This document shows, in pieces, positions 12,336 through 25,185 of a stretch of DNA of 64,000 bases. The stretch spans positions 93,992,001-94,056,000 of the forward strand of contig NC_043003.1 of the NCBI RefSeq assembly GCF_006345805.1, written 5' to 3'. Positions within the stretch are counted from its first letter, which is position 1, and each line of letters opens with the position of its first letter. The notes beneath the pieces are model-generated. The model searched no databases. It was not told where the DNA came from and saw only the letters and a program-made list of their open reading frames with translations. The DNA comes from Octopus sinensis (lineage: Eukaryota). The position numbers and the translations under genes are program-made.

Positions 12336-12520
12336 GAGGCCCATGGCTTAGTGGTTACGTTGTCGCACTCATGATCGTAAGATTGTGGTTTCGATTCGTG
12401 GATGAAGCGATTCGTTGTGTTCTTGAGCAAAAAGAAATCTTCATTTCACGTTGCACCCGTTCGCTCAGCTAGCAAAAATGAGTAATCCTGCAACGGACTG
12501 GCGTCCCGTCCGGTGCGGTG
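12336..12520 (+). mobile_element. tRNA-derived SINE family B
   Basis: A-box tggcttagtgg, B-box ggtttcgattc; inverted copy at 14408-14580, fragment at 10636-10675. Confidence 0.8.
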
Positions 12521-13309
12521 GACTGACAACGGACTGGTGTCTCACCCAGTAGGACGGCTGGGGATAATATATACATCACACCATCAGGAAAATCAGCCTT
12601 AGGAGCCCACGGCTCGGGAGGGTCTTTGTCTTTTCCTTTGTTTGGCGTGTGGGTAGATAGGCACACATTTAGATACATCACTTTGTGTATGTATGTATAT
12701 TTATGTGTGTGTTTATGATACAGTGTGTGTGTGTGTGTGTGTTTGTGTGTAAGACAATGCCGTATTATGGTGTTGGCACACTAGGTATTTGCCCAGGAGC
12801 CTCACGAATACAGGGGCCATTTCTGATCTATGTATATTGTGGTTTGCTGTCAATAAATAAATACTTTTGTGCCCAGTGCGCTTATTTGCCTGAGGCTGGG
12901 GTTTTGATACTGCTAAGACCGCCCTGGTGTGTGAGTTTGTTTTCTGTCCTACTTACTTGTCTTAACCATAAATTCATTCATGCTGTTGTTTTCTCCATCC
13001 CAGACACTAACACTTAGCTAAGGCATTTCCTGTCTTTTATGTTTCCTGCCCGCTGATACATTTTCCTAATAACCCAATCAAATGCTACTTAAGCGTTTCT
13101 GTCTAAGGCGTCAAAATTTCCGAAATCTTTAGTAAGACAGCTGAAGAAGAGTTAATTCAGGTTTTTTTATACATCTTTTCATTTGCTGTTTGCCAAGCCT
13201 TTATACCTATTCCTACAATTTGTAATTACAGATGTACATAATCCCATTTTCTGTCACGTTTTGTCATATAACTACATGCACACTCACGCACACATGCATA
13301 CACTCATGC

Positions 13310-13340
<31 letters not shown>

Positions 13341-13866
13341 CATACATACATACATACATACATAAATACATACATGCATAAGTGTATGTAGATATGTATG
13401 CATGTATGTAGGTGTATATGTTCTTATGTAAATGTGTATCTATGGAATGGACTGTAAATTAAGTCAGTAAATATTAATAATTAATATACGGGATGCCTTA
13501 GATGTAACGACGTTTCGGCAAGTTGGGTGATCGTAAATTAACACACTCATATTGGTTTCTTCGACAGGAGAATAGGCGACTGTGCTAAATTTGGAGTCGT
13601 TTAAATACCTTACCGATAGTAAAGCGGTATCACCGGGTGACATTAAATAACACATAATATTATGAATTGAAGCAAACCTATAAGAATTAGAGAAATCTTC
13701 AGAGGCGCGGTAAATAATTCAGATGCAAACACAAGTCGTAAATTATTATGACTGTTGTAAATAAATTTTAATTGTCAAATTCATGAATCGTTGTGCTATA
13801 GCGACATAGGTCTTTATAGACGCTAAACTGTATAATAATAGTCATACACACACACACACACACACA

Positions 13867-13913
<47 letters not shown>

Positions 13914-13991
13914 AATGTATATAAAATTGAATAAGGGTAGAAATTGATATTAATCAATTAAACCCAGTGGCCTAGCATATTATATATAATA

Positions 13992-14023
<32 letters not shown>

Positions 14024-14065
14024 TTATGTAATATATTTACGTATGTTAAATATAATATATATATA

Positions 14066-14225
14066 CGGTGGGCTTCTTTCAGTTTCCGTCTACCAAATCC
14101 ACTCACAAGGCTTGGTCCAGCCCAAGGCTATAGTAGAAGACACCTGCCCCAGGTGCAACGCAGTGGGACTGAAACCGAACCATGTGATTGGTAAGCAAGC
14201 TACTTACTACACACCCACGTGTCCG
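14066..14225 (-). mobile_element. SINE family A, 5' half
   Basis: Reverse complement of head and central domain. Confidence 0.8.
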
Positions 14226-14407
14226 CATTATATATATATATTACATATATACTTGTATATATATATATATATCTATATATGCATATATTATACTATATAT
14301 ATCTGTATATATATATATATTTATATATTATAGATATAAATATATATATATATATATTGTGTGATTGTGTGGTGTGTGTGTGGTGTATATCTGGTGTATA
14401 TATATAT

Positions 14408-14580
14408 ATCCGTTGCTGGATTACTCATTTTTGCCACCTGAGCGAACGGATGCAACGGATGCAACGTGAAATGAAGATTTTTTTGGCTCAAGAACACAAC
14501 GAATCGCTTCATCCACAAAGCGAAACCACAATCTTACGATCATGGTGTGCGACAACGTAACCACTAAGCCATGAGCCTCT
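14408..14580 (-). mobile_element. SINE family B (inverted copy)
   Basis: Reverse complement of 12336-12490 including upstream flank. Confidence 0.8.
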
Positions 14581-14590
14581 ACATACTTAC

Positions 14591-14630
<40 letters not shown>

Positions 14631-14637
<7 letters not shown>

Positions 14638-14914
14638 GAATGAAGAAAATGCTGACAAAATAATTTAAGTAATTTAAGTAATTTAATTAGGTGTAAGTTC
14701 TTTTTACCGGTTGCGCATTGTTATGCTTATCAAAAGATGTCTTTTTAAGAGAGATAGAGTTACACTCTGATAGATTTTTCCTCTATCTCTCTTAAAAAGA
14801 CATCTTTTGATAAGCATAACAAATGCGCAACGGGTAAAAAGAACTTTCGCTAATTAAATTACTTAAATTACTAAATTATTTTGTCAGCATTTTCTTCATT
14901 TCCTTTTTTATATA
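14631..14914. repeat. About 280-bp fold-back palindrome: arms 14631-14759 and 14781-14914
   Basis: Arms are reverse complements with about 8-9 small differences; (TA)n on the left and about 30 bp away on the right. Confidence 0.95.
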
Positions 14915-15611
14915 TCACAACTCGTGTTCCACATTCCTTTTTTATATATATATATAGATATATATATATATATATATAGTATATATATATATAGATATTA
15001 TATATATATATATATTATATATATATATAGGTACTGTAAATTTAGGGTGAATACTGATAAGTGTAAGCACCTGTGTATACCAGATTGTGGCAGAGGTGAG
15101 AAAGAATATATCAAATAAAGTTAAAAACAGAACACAAAGGATATCGCGGTTCACGTGTTTCAAGCTTTATAAACAATCTGTTATTACATCAATGTATTAT
15201 TGATATAAAAGATGGTTTAAAGCTCTCTTCAGCCGCAAACATTGTTAGTCCAAACAATTACATCACAATATAAAAAGTATGAAAAGTACATGTAGTATTA
15301 CCCATTATAATAGGTTTATCATATCTCCTTGAAAAAGTGTATTTCTAAAAGTTCCTAACTGTATAAATACATATATACATATATATAAATATGTATATTT
15401 ATATATATGCATATATAAATATGTATATACATATATATATATACATACATATAAATATGTGTATATATATATACATATATTATATATATATAAATATGTA
15501 TATATATGCACATATATATGTATTATGTATGTATATATATATACATAAATATGTATTGTATATATATATATGTATGTATATATATATATATATATATATA
15601 TAAATATATAC

Positions 15612-15660
<49 letters not shown>

Positions 15661-16662
15661 TTATATATATAAATATATACATATATATATATACACATAC
15701 TTGCATACATACACACTACATACATATACTATACAGAGAGCGTCACTCATATTATAATTCGATTCATCGTATCTACACAAAAATTCAATTTGACGAATTT
15801 GATTCTAGAGCAGTGATGAAATAGCATAAGTAATAAAGAAATATTTGAAGTATTTCTTTTGTTCAATTTCACTGTTAACTCTGCTTTCTATTTTGCTAAG
15901 AGTTATATTTTTCTTTCGTTATGCTTTAATTATAAGTCTTAAATATGAGCACATTTTTATATAAACTTTATAAGCAGAAAACGGACTTTTCTGATTGGTT
16001 CTAATCTAATTGGAATGTTATCAATTCATCACAGAACACCTATCCTTCTTCTTTGCTCATAGAGAGATAAACAGACTAGGTATCAGCTGAAGAATAATTC
16101 ATTTTGTATAATAGTACATTCATTAGTAATGAGGTTGATTTAATTAATTATGAACTGCATAGCGTATACTGACTAATCTAAAATGTTTAATGTAGTTAAA
16201 CCTACACTTTTTATTTTGAGTAGAAGTCATTTGTTTACATTTCGTTTAATTAATCCATTTCCGTAGAAAGTAACTCGGAATATTTGTTCAGAAATGCTAT
16301 TATTAAAATTCTTTCCTGGTCACAAAATAAGATAAACCAAAAATATTTTTACATTTGGAAGAGACGTTTTTGAATTAAAAAAAAATGAAAAATGAATGAA
16401 TACCTACCTTAAAATTTCACATTAACTGTATACACTGTGTTGGACATAAAATAGTTAATTAACAACGTTGCCAACGAATGCACAGTTATATAAATTAGAC
16501 TAGACATTTCAGGCTGGTTATGGTTTGTAGTTGATATAAATAGCAATCAGTGTTTAATTCTATGCGAATTTCCAAGTATAGATGAAACTAGTCACTACAA
16601 TCCTTTTATCTTACTGACCCCGGAGACGTATAAAAATATATTTATAGTGGTTTACATTTGTC

Positions 16663-17082
16663 GGCGTGGCTGTGTGGTAAGAAGTTTGTTTCCCAACCAT
16701 ATGGTTCTCGGTTCAGTCACACTGCGTGGCACCTTCGCCAAGGCTTCTGTTATGATATCGGGTCGGCCAAAGCCTTCTGAATGGATTTGGTTGACGGAAA
16801 CTGAAAGATTACCCATCTTATGCACACATACAAACATGTGTTTGTGGGTGTGTGTTCATGTGTGTATGTATGTCTTTGTACCTGTGTTTGACTCCCACCA
16901 CCGCTTGACAACTGATGCTGGTGTTTTTACGTCCCCGAAACCTAGTGTTTCCGTAAAAGATATCGATAGAGTAAGTACTAGGCTTAAGATATAAGTACTG
17001 GGATTGATTTTTCCTACTGAAATTCTTGAAGGCGGTGTCCCTGCATAGATACAGGCTAATAATGACTGAAGCATATAGAAGA
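16663..17082 (+). mobile_element. SINE family A, diverged full-length
   Basis: Head, central domain, internal (TG)-rich tract and 3' half all present. Confidence 0.8.
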
Positions 17083-17264
17083 TAATAACAGCAATTTTTA
17101 ATTTAATTTAAATTTTTAACTTTTATGTAAAATTGTAAACGTGCCACATATGCAAAATCTAGACTATACAAAATACGCAGGTTTCGGCATGAAAAAATAT
17201 TTGAAACATTTGTTCAAGGTTTTGAAATTATCTGCATCCTAGTATTTAAAACCAGCATAAGAGT

Positions 17265-17465
17265 TCAGACGGACAGAATCGTTAGCACGTCTGGCGAAAT
17301 GCTAAGCGGCATTTCGTCCGACTTCATGTTCTACATTCAAATTCCACCAATGTCGATTTTGCCTTTCACCTTTTCGGGGCCCATAAACTAAGTACCATTG
17401 GGGTCAATCCAGTAGACTAACCCGTTCCCCTGTATTGCTGGTCTTGTGTCAAAATTTGAAATCAA
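17265..17465 (+). mobile_element. SINE family E
   Basis: gttagcacgtctggcgaaatgc...ttttgcctttcacc...aagtacc...aaaatttgaaatc. Confidence 0.7.
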
Positions 17466-18169
17466 TATTTGCACCCATTCAAACTCATTCCAGCTGTACT
17501 CGAGCAGATTTATGATCGAACCCTGAACATCCTTATTTTTTAAAATTGGCATGGTGTATCTAAGACTACGTTATCCCATGTTTCTTTCTTCACTTAATTG
17601 GTTTGATGCAATTTGAGGTAAATGTATCTTTTGCTTATATCCAGTCATGATATTTAGCTATCAGTTAAAATGTGTAAAAATGTATTACAATATATTGTCG
17701 TGTTCTTGTACAATTAAGAAGACTTGTCTAATAGCGTAATGAAATTAAGCAAACATAATTATTGATTCTACATTTAATAAATGTAATTTACTCTCTATAC
17801 ATATGTCACGTTTGTTTAAAGAGATACCGAAGACTAAATTCCATCTTGCAAATATAATTTGCAATATGAATATATCTTATACTTGCGTTTAAGATTATTA
17901 TATTCAAATAGTGTATCATTATTCCTTTGTGAATATTTATAATAACTCAATCAGCATAATTAAATATTACGTTTAAAAATGAGTTTAGAAAAATGGAGAA
18001 GGGGTGTAATCAAATAACAATATACAGGAACGTCATCACTACATATACATACATATATACACACATATGCGCGCGCATAAACATACACAAAAGCGCGCGC
18101 ACACACACATGCGCACACCACATCATGTATGTAGTGGATGTGGGACAAGAAAACAAACTAAGGGCTCGA

Positions 18170-18700
18170 GTAAGGTGTCAGTTCAGGTAGAGATGAGGTA
18201 TCTGGGCAATTACAGACAAATACATCGGCGTGACCAGTGTTATCGGGTTTATGGGTTTTGCAAAGGAAGAATATGGTGGAGTTACGGATGTTCAGACGAT
18301 GAAGTTGGAGACTATAGATGTAGAAGAGGTGAAATGATTGAGTAGGTGGTGGTAGAGACGCGTTGTTAGTTGTAGGGGGTTGTAGCTAAAGAGCAGGGAA
18401 TAATAGAAAATAACATTCCGAGATGTCACAGGGCTTAAATCCTGCAGAAATTCACCCGCCACCACATAACGATGTGACATTGTCTGTTGGTTTGATGACA
18501 TCATCACAGTGTCGAAGGTAGAAAGGAGCATAGAATTCAGAGCTTATGCATCTGGACGCTACTGGAAGTCAAAGCATCATACTGCATGATATCAGGCATC
18601 GATAAATAAGTTCAGGATTCTGACTAGGCTGAGCTCGGTGTTCGGTGCATTAGACAGCGGCTCAAATCTGTAAAACAATCGGGAACATCCGATGCAATAG
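18170..18700 (-). pseudogene. Possible APE-endonuclease remnant of a LINE
   Basis: Minus strand FQ*RPDA...HRYVVAGEF resembles the YRPP...GDFN motifs; heavily decayed. Confidence 0.3.
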
Positions 18701-19198
18701 ATCCGCCACTAAAAGAGTCTACAGATTTATGCTGCACAAAACCTCGATCTCATCGGGGGTCTGAAACTCAATGAAGATGACAGAATAACTCCAGTTAGCA
18801 CAAATTGCGTGCTGAATGCGAAGCAACAACTTACTTTATATGCTTGTTTGTTTGAAACTTTAAAATAATAAATGTTCACTATTACACCAGAATAACTCTC
18901 TCCACTATCCCTTCTTCCCAACCATTTCCACCGTAGAAGCATAATTTTCTCCTCTCCTTCTCTGTGGCCTCTTTCTGCACAATTTCTGTCTACCTACACT
19001 ATGCTAAATTTTGTTCACATTATTCCACCTACCAAAGGCACAATATACGACCAGAAAGACCAACGTTAACCGCAGTCTGATGACAGAAGATAAGCTGAAA
19101 CTTCGAAGTCCCTTCCAAACGTTACCTTGTAAAAAAGAGTATATGTGTATGTGTATGTGTACGTGGACGTGTGTTTATGTATGCATAATACACTTATA

Positions 19199-20160
19199 CA
19201 GGGTGGGGGTATTCATTAAAGATTTTCTCTCACCCACTTCCTGTTATTGCAGGAAATGGAACTTGTACATGTATAAATACACATGTCTCTACATGTGACA
19301 TTGTAAATTGCAACTTTCCACTAGTATTCGTTTGTTTTTTACGGTTGTTGAAGTGGACTAGGGTGTTATAATGGAGGCAGTTGAATCCAGATCAGGAATT
19401 AGGTTCTTATACTTGAAAGGTCGTACACCAAAAGAGATTTTCGATGAGATGAAAGAGGTTTATGGTGAATATGCATCATCATACGACGTAGTCAAGCACT
19501 AGTATCGCCAGTTCAAATGTGGTCGGACATCCATGAAAACTTCCTATTCCTGGACGACCACATTCCACCATTGCTGACGACACTATCCATAAAGTAGAGG
19601 ATATTTTGGAGGATCGCCGCATTACTATTCGGCAACAAGATGATGCTCACAGTGTTTTGGGACCAGCGGGGAGTAGTGATGATTGATTTTCTGGCAAAGG
19701 GCACTACAATTATGCTTCTCTGCTGCTGAAATTTCAGGACACCATCAAGGCAGAGAGGCGTGGCATGCTGACCAAAGCTGTCCACCTCCTCCAAGACAAC
19801 GTCCCAGTTCACAATGCGCATGTTGTCCAGATGAAAGCACATTCCTGCGGCTATGAAATCCTTCCTCACCCCTATTGCTCTTCCGATCTCGCACCATCTG
19901 GCTATCACCTCTTTCCAACCATGAAGTCTTTTTTGAACGCAAAACACTTTTCGGATTATGATGAACTTATTTCCGAGGCAAAGTCTTGGCTCTAGACGCA
20001 AACTACAGACTTGTACAGACGAGGTCTTCACAGCTGCATACGGCGATGGGAGAAGTGTGTTCCCATTGGTAGTGGCTATGTAGAGAAGGACTAATAATTA
20101 TGCTAAGTTTCGTTTATCCCAGACCTTAGGAAGTGGGTCACGGAAAATCTTTAATGAACC
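19199..20160 (+). mobile_element. Mariner transposon relic, internally deleted, with TIRs
   Basis: MEAVESRSGIRFLYLKGRTPKEIFDEMKEVYG (HTH) ... MLTVFWDQRG ... LLQDNVPVH ... HPYCSSDLAPSGYHLF ... RWEKCV; TIR ttcattaaagattttctctcacccacttcct vs aggaagtgggtcacggaaaatctttaatgaa; left TA. Confidence 0.9.
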
Positions 20161-21293
20161 AGACGATTTCTATCCTCGGTTAGCAACTGCGTTTTCGGTA
20201 GGTTTCAATGAGGAAACAGTTTCGTTTCTGATTTGAGATTCAGCATAAATTGCTTACATTTGCTTTCCAAGTGTCTGACAATCATCAGTATAAAACTGCT
20301 TATAGAAATTGTAAACAAGATCACCAGTGGCACAGCTGAATTTACATAATAGTACAGGAATAATGACAGTAACTAGACATTAACAGAGAAACTCTACATT
20401 ATAGTTATGAATAAATATCTACACGGAGTATAATTACATGTCAAAAAGAACATATATTTTATTTCCTTCTTTGATGACATATATCAAAATTTTAGTTGTA
20501 ATATTTTGAAATGTTATATAGTGAATTACTTAGTATTAACAATGCAGTTAAACGTTTCAGGCTAAAAGAAAGATATTTTCGTTTACATATATATCGGGCA
20601 GCTTTAAATTTGTTGCATAAATGTAAGATCGTTTGTTTTATTCATATCATTTGTGTGGATGCAGTATGACCAGGTAGTAGAAGTATCCGCTTCGCAGTCA
20701 TGAGATCCTGGGTTCGATCTCACTGCATGGTATCTTGGCTATTTGTCATTTAACATTGTCTCAAGTGAAATCAAGTGGACAGAAACGGTGCGGAAACTCG
20801 TTGGCTGGACTGTACGTGTAATTCAAAGATCGGGCCTTGTAATGATTTATCATGCTGGTTCTGCTTGAGAAATACATTGAAAATAAACACATCTGTGGAA
20901 CGTTCTTACAGGTATACGATAATTTAATAAGCAAGGAATTTAGATGATCTCAAAAATGAGTCTTCATCGTTGAAGTCGACGGAGATCCATTTATGTTTTA
21001 CGAGTATTGCTGAAGGATAAAATACAAAAGGCATCTAGATCCATTTGTGGAGTTTCAGTTTCCAATACACACTAATATATCAATATATTTGGTTATATAT
21101 AGTTTCTTAAGTGGATTAATTGCACTCAATTTACCTTTGAACACACACACGCATGCACACAGACAGACAGCAGACAGATAGACAGAAAGACACACACACA
21201 CCACACACACACACACACAAGCACGTACACTTTCTTTCTCTTCTTGAGTAATCTCTTTTACTCCACATGTATACGTGTGTGTGTTTGTTTGTG

Positions 21294-21342
<49 letters not shown>

Positions 21343-21549
21343 CGAGAGAGAGGGACAGAGACAGACAGCGAGAGTGAGGAAGAGAGAGAGGGAGAGGTTA
21401 TGAGAGTTAATGTTGTCTGTAAGACCCAAAGGTGTCAGATAATTCTGTGTAAGTGCTATGGATAGACCATAGTTAAGCTCCAGGTTCGGTGATTATGCGA
21501 ATAAGGTGTCCAACGTAAGTCATATATCAGCGTGTGTATAAATAAAAAA

Positions 21550-21790
21550 AAAATTCAGAATGAGATAAAAAACCAAGGCTGTGAAGATTTTAGAACATTT
21601 ATAAATAGAAGGTCTTATAGCTGTTTCCAGGATATTTATTATATCCCTTCATCGGAGACGGTGTGAGAAAATGGTTAAGGAAAAGTTAATTAAGATAAGA
21701 TACGAAATAGAGAGTGAAGTGGAGGAATGAAAACAGGTGTGAGATATGCAGGGATATTGCATTTGTAGATCCCTTTTTTAGGAAGAATGG
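21550..21790 (-). mobile_element. PLE-derived 3' fragment with HHR-like motif (about 21611-21660)
   Basis: Minus strand gtct-CCGATGA-A-GGGAT-ataataaat-ATCCT-GGAAA-CAGCTA-TA-agac; copy of 2090-2335. Confidence 0.6.
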
Positions 21791-21791
21791 T

Positions 21792-21827
<36 letters not shown>

Positions 21828-21944
21828 ACAAAAGAGAGGATGTATTTCGACGCAGGACAAGATATAGGCAAATTTCTTGTTGAAAATGCACCTAAATTTG
21901 AAAATCTTGTAATTGTTTAGAATAAATTTATTTACATATATATA

Positions 21945-24010
21945 AACTAGTTTTAACAATATTTTTTGTTTATCAATGGTAAAAATTTAAATTTATGAAT
22001 TAGAAAAGCATCTTTAAAAATTTCAATGTTGACATTAAAAAGTTCATAACGAACAAATTAAGACAAGCTTAAATGTTCATAACAGTGGATAATATTAAAA
22101 GTGTGCATCAATTTGTTTGAATTACAAATCTCATTAGTGCTAGTAGTGATCGACAAGAAATGAATATCATGAAAGTTTTAGTCATACTGAGTTAAGAGGT
22201 TAAAAACAAGGTGGAAATGAAGATATTAAGAAAAGGGGATTTGATTTACAGTTTCACTGATCCTCTTTCCGTCATGTGTACGAACTTTCGCTTGTAGCGG
22301 TGTTTTGGAATTCGGTGCATTTATAATTTTTTATCGCGAGCGGATCTCATTTTTGATTCGTTAAAATACTGGTGACCTTTTGTTTTTACGTTGATCCAAT
22401 CTGTCGTTCTGCCTGGTAGGCTCCTATGTGGGGAACTCTCATCAATCGTTCCGGTTTGTTGATACTCTTAAAGGGTCATTTTGTTGTATTTGCTGAAGTT
22501 CGGTTTCGATTGGTCTAGAGTTAGGTGACGTCAGAAACTGGTGTTTGTAAAATTCCATTGATCTAGATATAGGTCATGGCGGCAACTGGTGTTTGTATGG
22601 TGATTTGGAGTTGCGGTTTCGAAACCCGGGTGGTCAACTGTAACTAAATTTTAAAAATTGTTTGTTGTTCCTTGTTTTTTTGTGGAGAATTTGAGTCTTT
22701 TTACTTTTTCTCTTTAGTGTTTTTCCTTCTTTCTAAAGGATATTCAGCTGTGGTTTATATTTTTTAATGAGTGTGTTTTCTTTATTTACACGGAATTGGG
22801 TTGAAGTGTTTCTGATACATTGGTAGAGAGGGGAGATTTAGTATTTCGGGTTTATTTTTACGGGGCATTGGTCCAGGTATTTGCTTACGGGAAGTTTCCT
22901 AGTCTCCACTGCTCCCTCCACATTTGAGAACATTGATTAAGTTCTTCGAGGCACAGATGAAGTGATTGTTTATGATAAAAGTTTGGCCTAACTTAAATCT
23001 GTATGTTGAGCCATCTAAGAGGAAGATGCAAGTTCCGCAGATAGGGCACTTTTTGACTGGTAGGGTTGTATTTTTGGTAGGTAATTTGGTGCCACTGAAA
23101 AACATTTTTAGGCATTGCGGTGGAGACTACATAGGTCAGACTAGTTTTACCTTGAGGGATACATTAACGTTGCACAAGCAACAAATCCGAGACCCTACAA
23201 CTAGGAAAAACCCCGTAAGCAAACACCTAGAGCAATGCCTCATAAACATAAACTCGAAATAACAAATCTTCCCTCTCAATCAATGCACCAGAAACACTTC
23301 CCAATTTCGTTTAAATAAAAAAAAGTATGCTCATTAAAAATATGAGCTACAACTGAATAACCTTTAGAAAGAAGAAAAACACTAAAGAGAAAAAGGAAAA
23401 AATACTCAATTACTCCACAAACAAAAAAAGGAACAACAAGCAAGTTTTAAAATTTTAATAACAATCTTCCACCCAGGTTTCGAAACCGCAACCCCAAATC
23501 ACCATACAAACATCAGCTACCAACATCACCTATCTCTAGACCAATGAAATTTTACAAACACCAATTACTGACGTCACCTAACTCTAGACCAATCAAAACC
23601 GATCTTCAGCAAATACAACAAGCGAAAGTTTCTACAATCGACGGAAAGAGGATCAGAGAAACTGTAAATCAAATCCCCTTGTCTTACTATCTTCATTTCT
23701 CCTTTTTTCCCCTCTTAAATCAGAATGGCTGAAACTTTGATGATATTCATTTCTTGCCGATCACTACTAACTCTAATGAGTTTTGTACATTCAAGCAAAT
23801 TGATTCACAGTTTTAATATTAATGACTGTTATGAACATTTAAATTTGTTTACATCGTAATTTTTTAACATGTTTTTTTTAATTCATAATTCTAAATTAGT
23901 CTGTTATGAACATTTTAATTTGTCAACATTGAAACTTTTAAAGATGTTTTTCTAATTCATAATTCTACATTTTTGCCATTGATAAACAAAAAAATATTGT
24001 TGAAACAAGT
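21945..24010. mobile_element. PLE 3' end (GIY-YIG C-terminus + 3' UTR, +) preceded by its own inverted copy (-)
   Basis: 23110-23262 encodes HCGGDYIGQTSFTLRD.LTLHKQQIRDPTTRKNPVSKHLEQC; 21945-22905 is a diverged reverse complement of 23195-24010 with an extra segment of about 180 bp. Confidence 0.8.
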
Positions 24011-24019
24011 TTGGTAAAT

Positions 24020-24165
24020 ATTCCCAGACCGGGCGTTGTGAGTATTTATTGAGCGAAAACACCTAAAGCTCCACGAGTATCCGGCAGGGGATGGTGGCGA
24101 TCCCTGCTGTACTCTTTCGCCACAACTTTCTCTCACTCTTTCTTCTGTTGGCCTGCTCGCTTAGC
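24020..24165 (+). mobile_element. SINE family D fragment
   Basis: Matches reverse complement of 63270-63400. Confidence 0.75.
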
Positions 24166-24180
24166 AGTGATATATATATA

Positions 24181-24246
<66 letters not shown>

Positions 24247-24423
24247 ATAAATATTAGGGAATAAATCCAAATTTACAGGGAAAAATAATCAGATTTAGGA
24301 TTAAATCCAATTTTATAGTAAAATATTATAAAATATTATTAGAGACAAAACCACTATTTTGCAAAACAAACAAGGAAAGACTTAATCAATACATAAAATT
24401 TTAATAAATAGTCAAAAAAACCG

Positions 24424-24466
24424 CCACTACAATTGTTTCTTGTCTTGATCGACAATCTTCAGGTGG
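24424..24466 (-). ncRNA. Intact minimal type I hammerhead ribozyme in a 250-bp TA-flanked fragment (24243-24489)
   Basis: ccac-CTGAAGA-ttgtc-gatcaa-gacaa-GAAA-CAATTG-TA-gtgg. Confidence 0.85.
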
Positions 24467-24510
24467 ACTTCCAATAAGTCAGTTTCAAATATATATATAT
24501 ATGAATATGA

Positions 24511-24565
<55 letters not shown>

Positions 24566-24734
24566 CGTGTGTGTGTGTGTGTGTATGTATATCTTTTCAA
24601 TGTGTACGAATAACATGAAAAAAAACAGATAAATAGTTACCAGTGTAGTAAAAATACACAAAGGCGTGAAAGATATTACAGACTACCTATAAACGTAGAA
24701 ATTCCAGGGTTAAGTGAAATGTTTTTGTATAACA

Positions 24735-25145
24735 TACATTACTTAGGAAATGGAATCAAACGCAGGTGTTATTCAAACCATTTATGCCTCCAACATATGT
24801 TTCGAAAAAAGCATTGAGATTATTAAGTAGAGAATAAAAATGACGTAAAACAAAGCATTCATCTCGTCAGAGAAACAAAAATACATCAATAAACCGTTTT
24901 AACTGAATGTGATTACCTCTTACGTACATGTATAATGTAAGGAGAACGCTAACAAGTTATTTTTGTAAAAGCCGTAAAAGATTTAACGTCAAAGGTAAAT
25001 TAGAGAAAGAGAAGTAGGAGAAAATAGAAATTAGCAGACAATAATTAAGAGTGAAAAAATATGTGAGAGAGGAGTTGGAATATAGTTGAAAAACGCGGAA
25101 ATAGATATATTTAGTGGAAATGAAATGCAAGAAAACAGTTAAAGG

Positions 25146-25185
<40 letters not shown>

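Noticed and set aside
15305-15824. Long IY/YI/HT-repeat ORFs here and at 2331, 11420, 14043, 32030, 34943-35810, 39768, 41163, 60985-61464 and 63566
   Set aside because: They are translations of (TA)n, (CA)n and (TACA)n microsatellites, which lack stop codons by construction.
19072-19112. CTGATGA..GAAACTTCGAAGTC HHR-like motif
   Set aside because: Palindromic stem III is good but stem I does not pair and stem II is 2 bp; kept only as a possible relic. The same applies to weaker motifs near 6530, 43480, 44075, 59850, 62360 and 62835.
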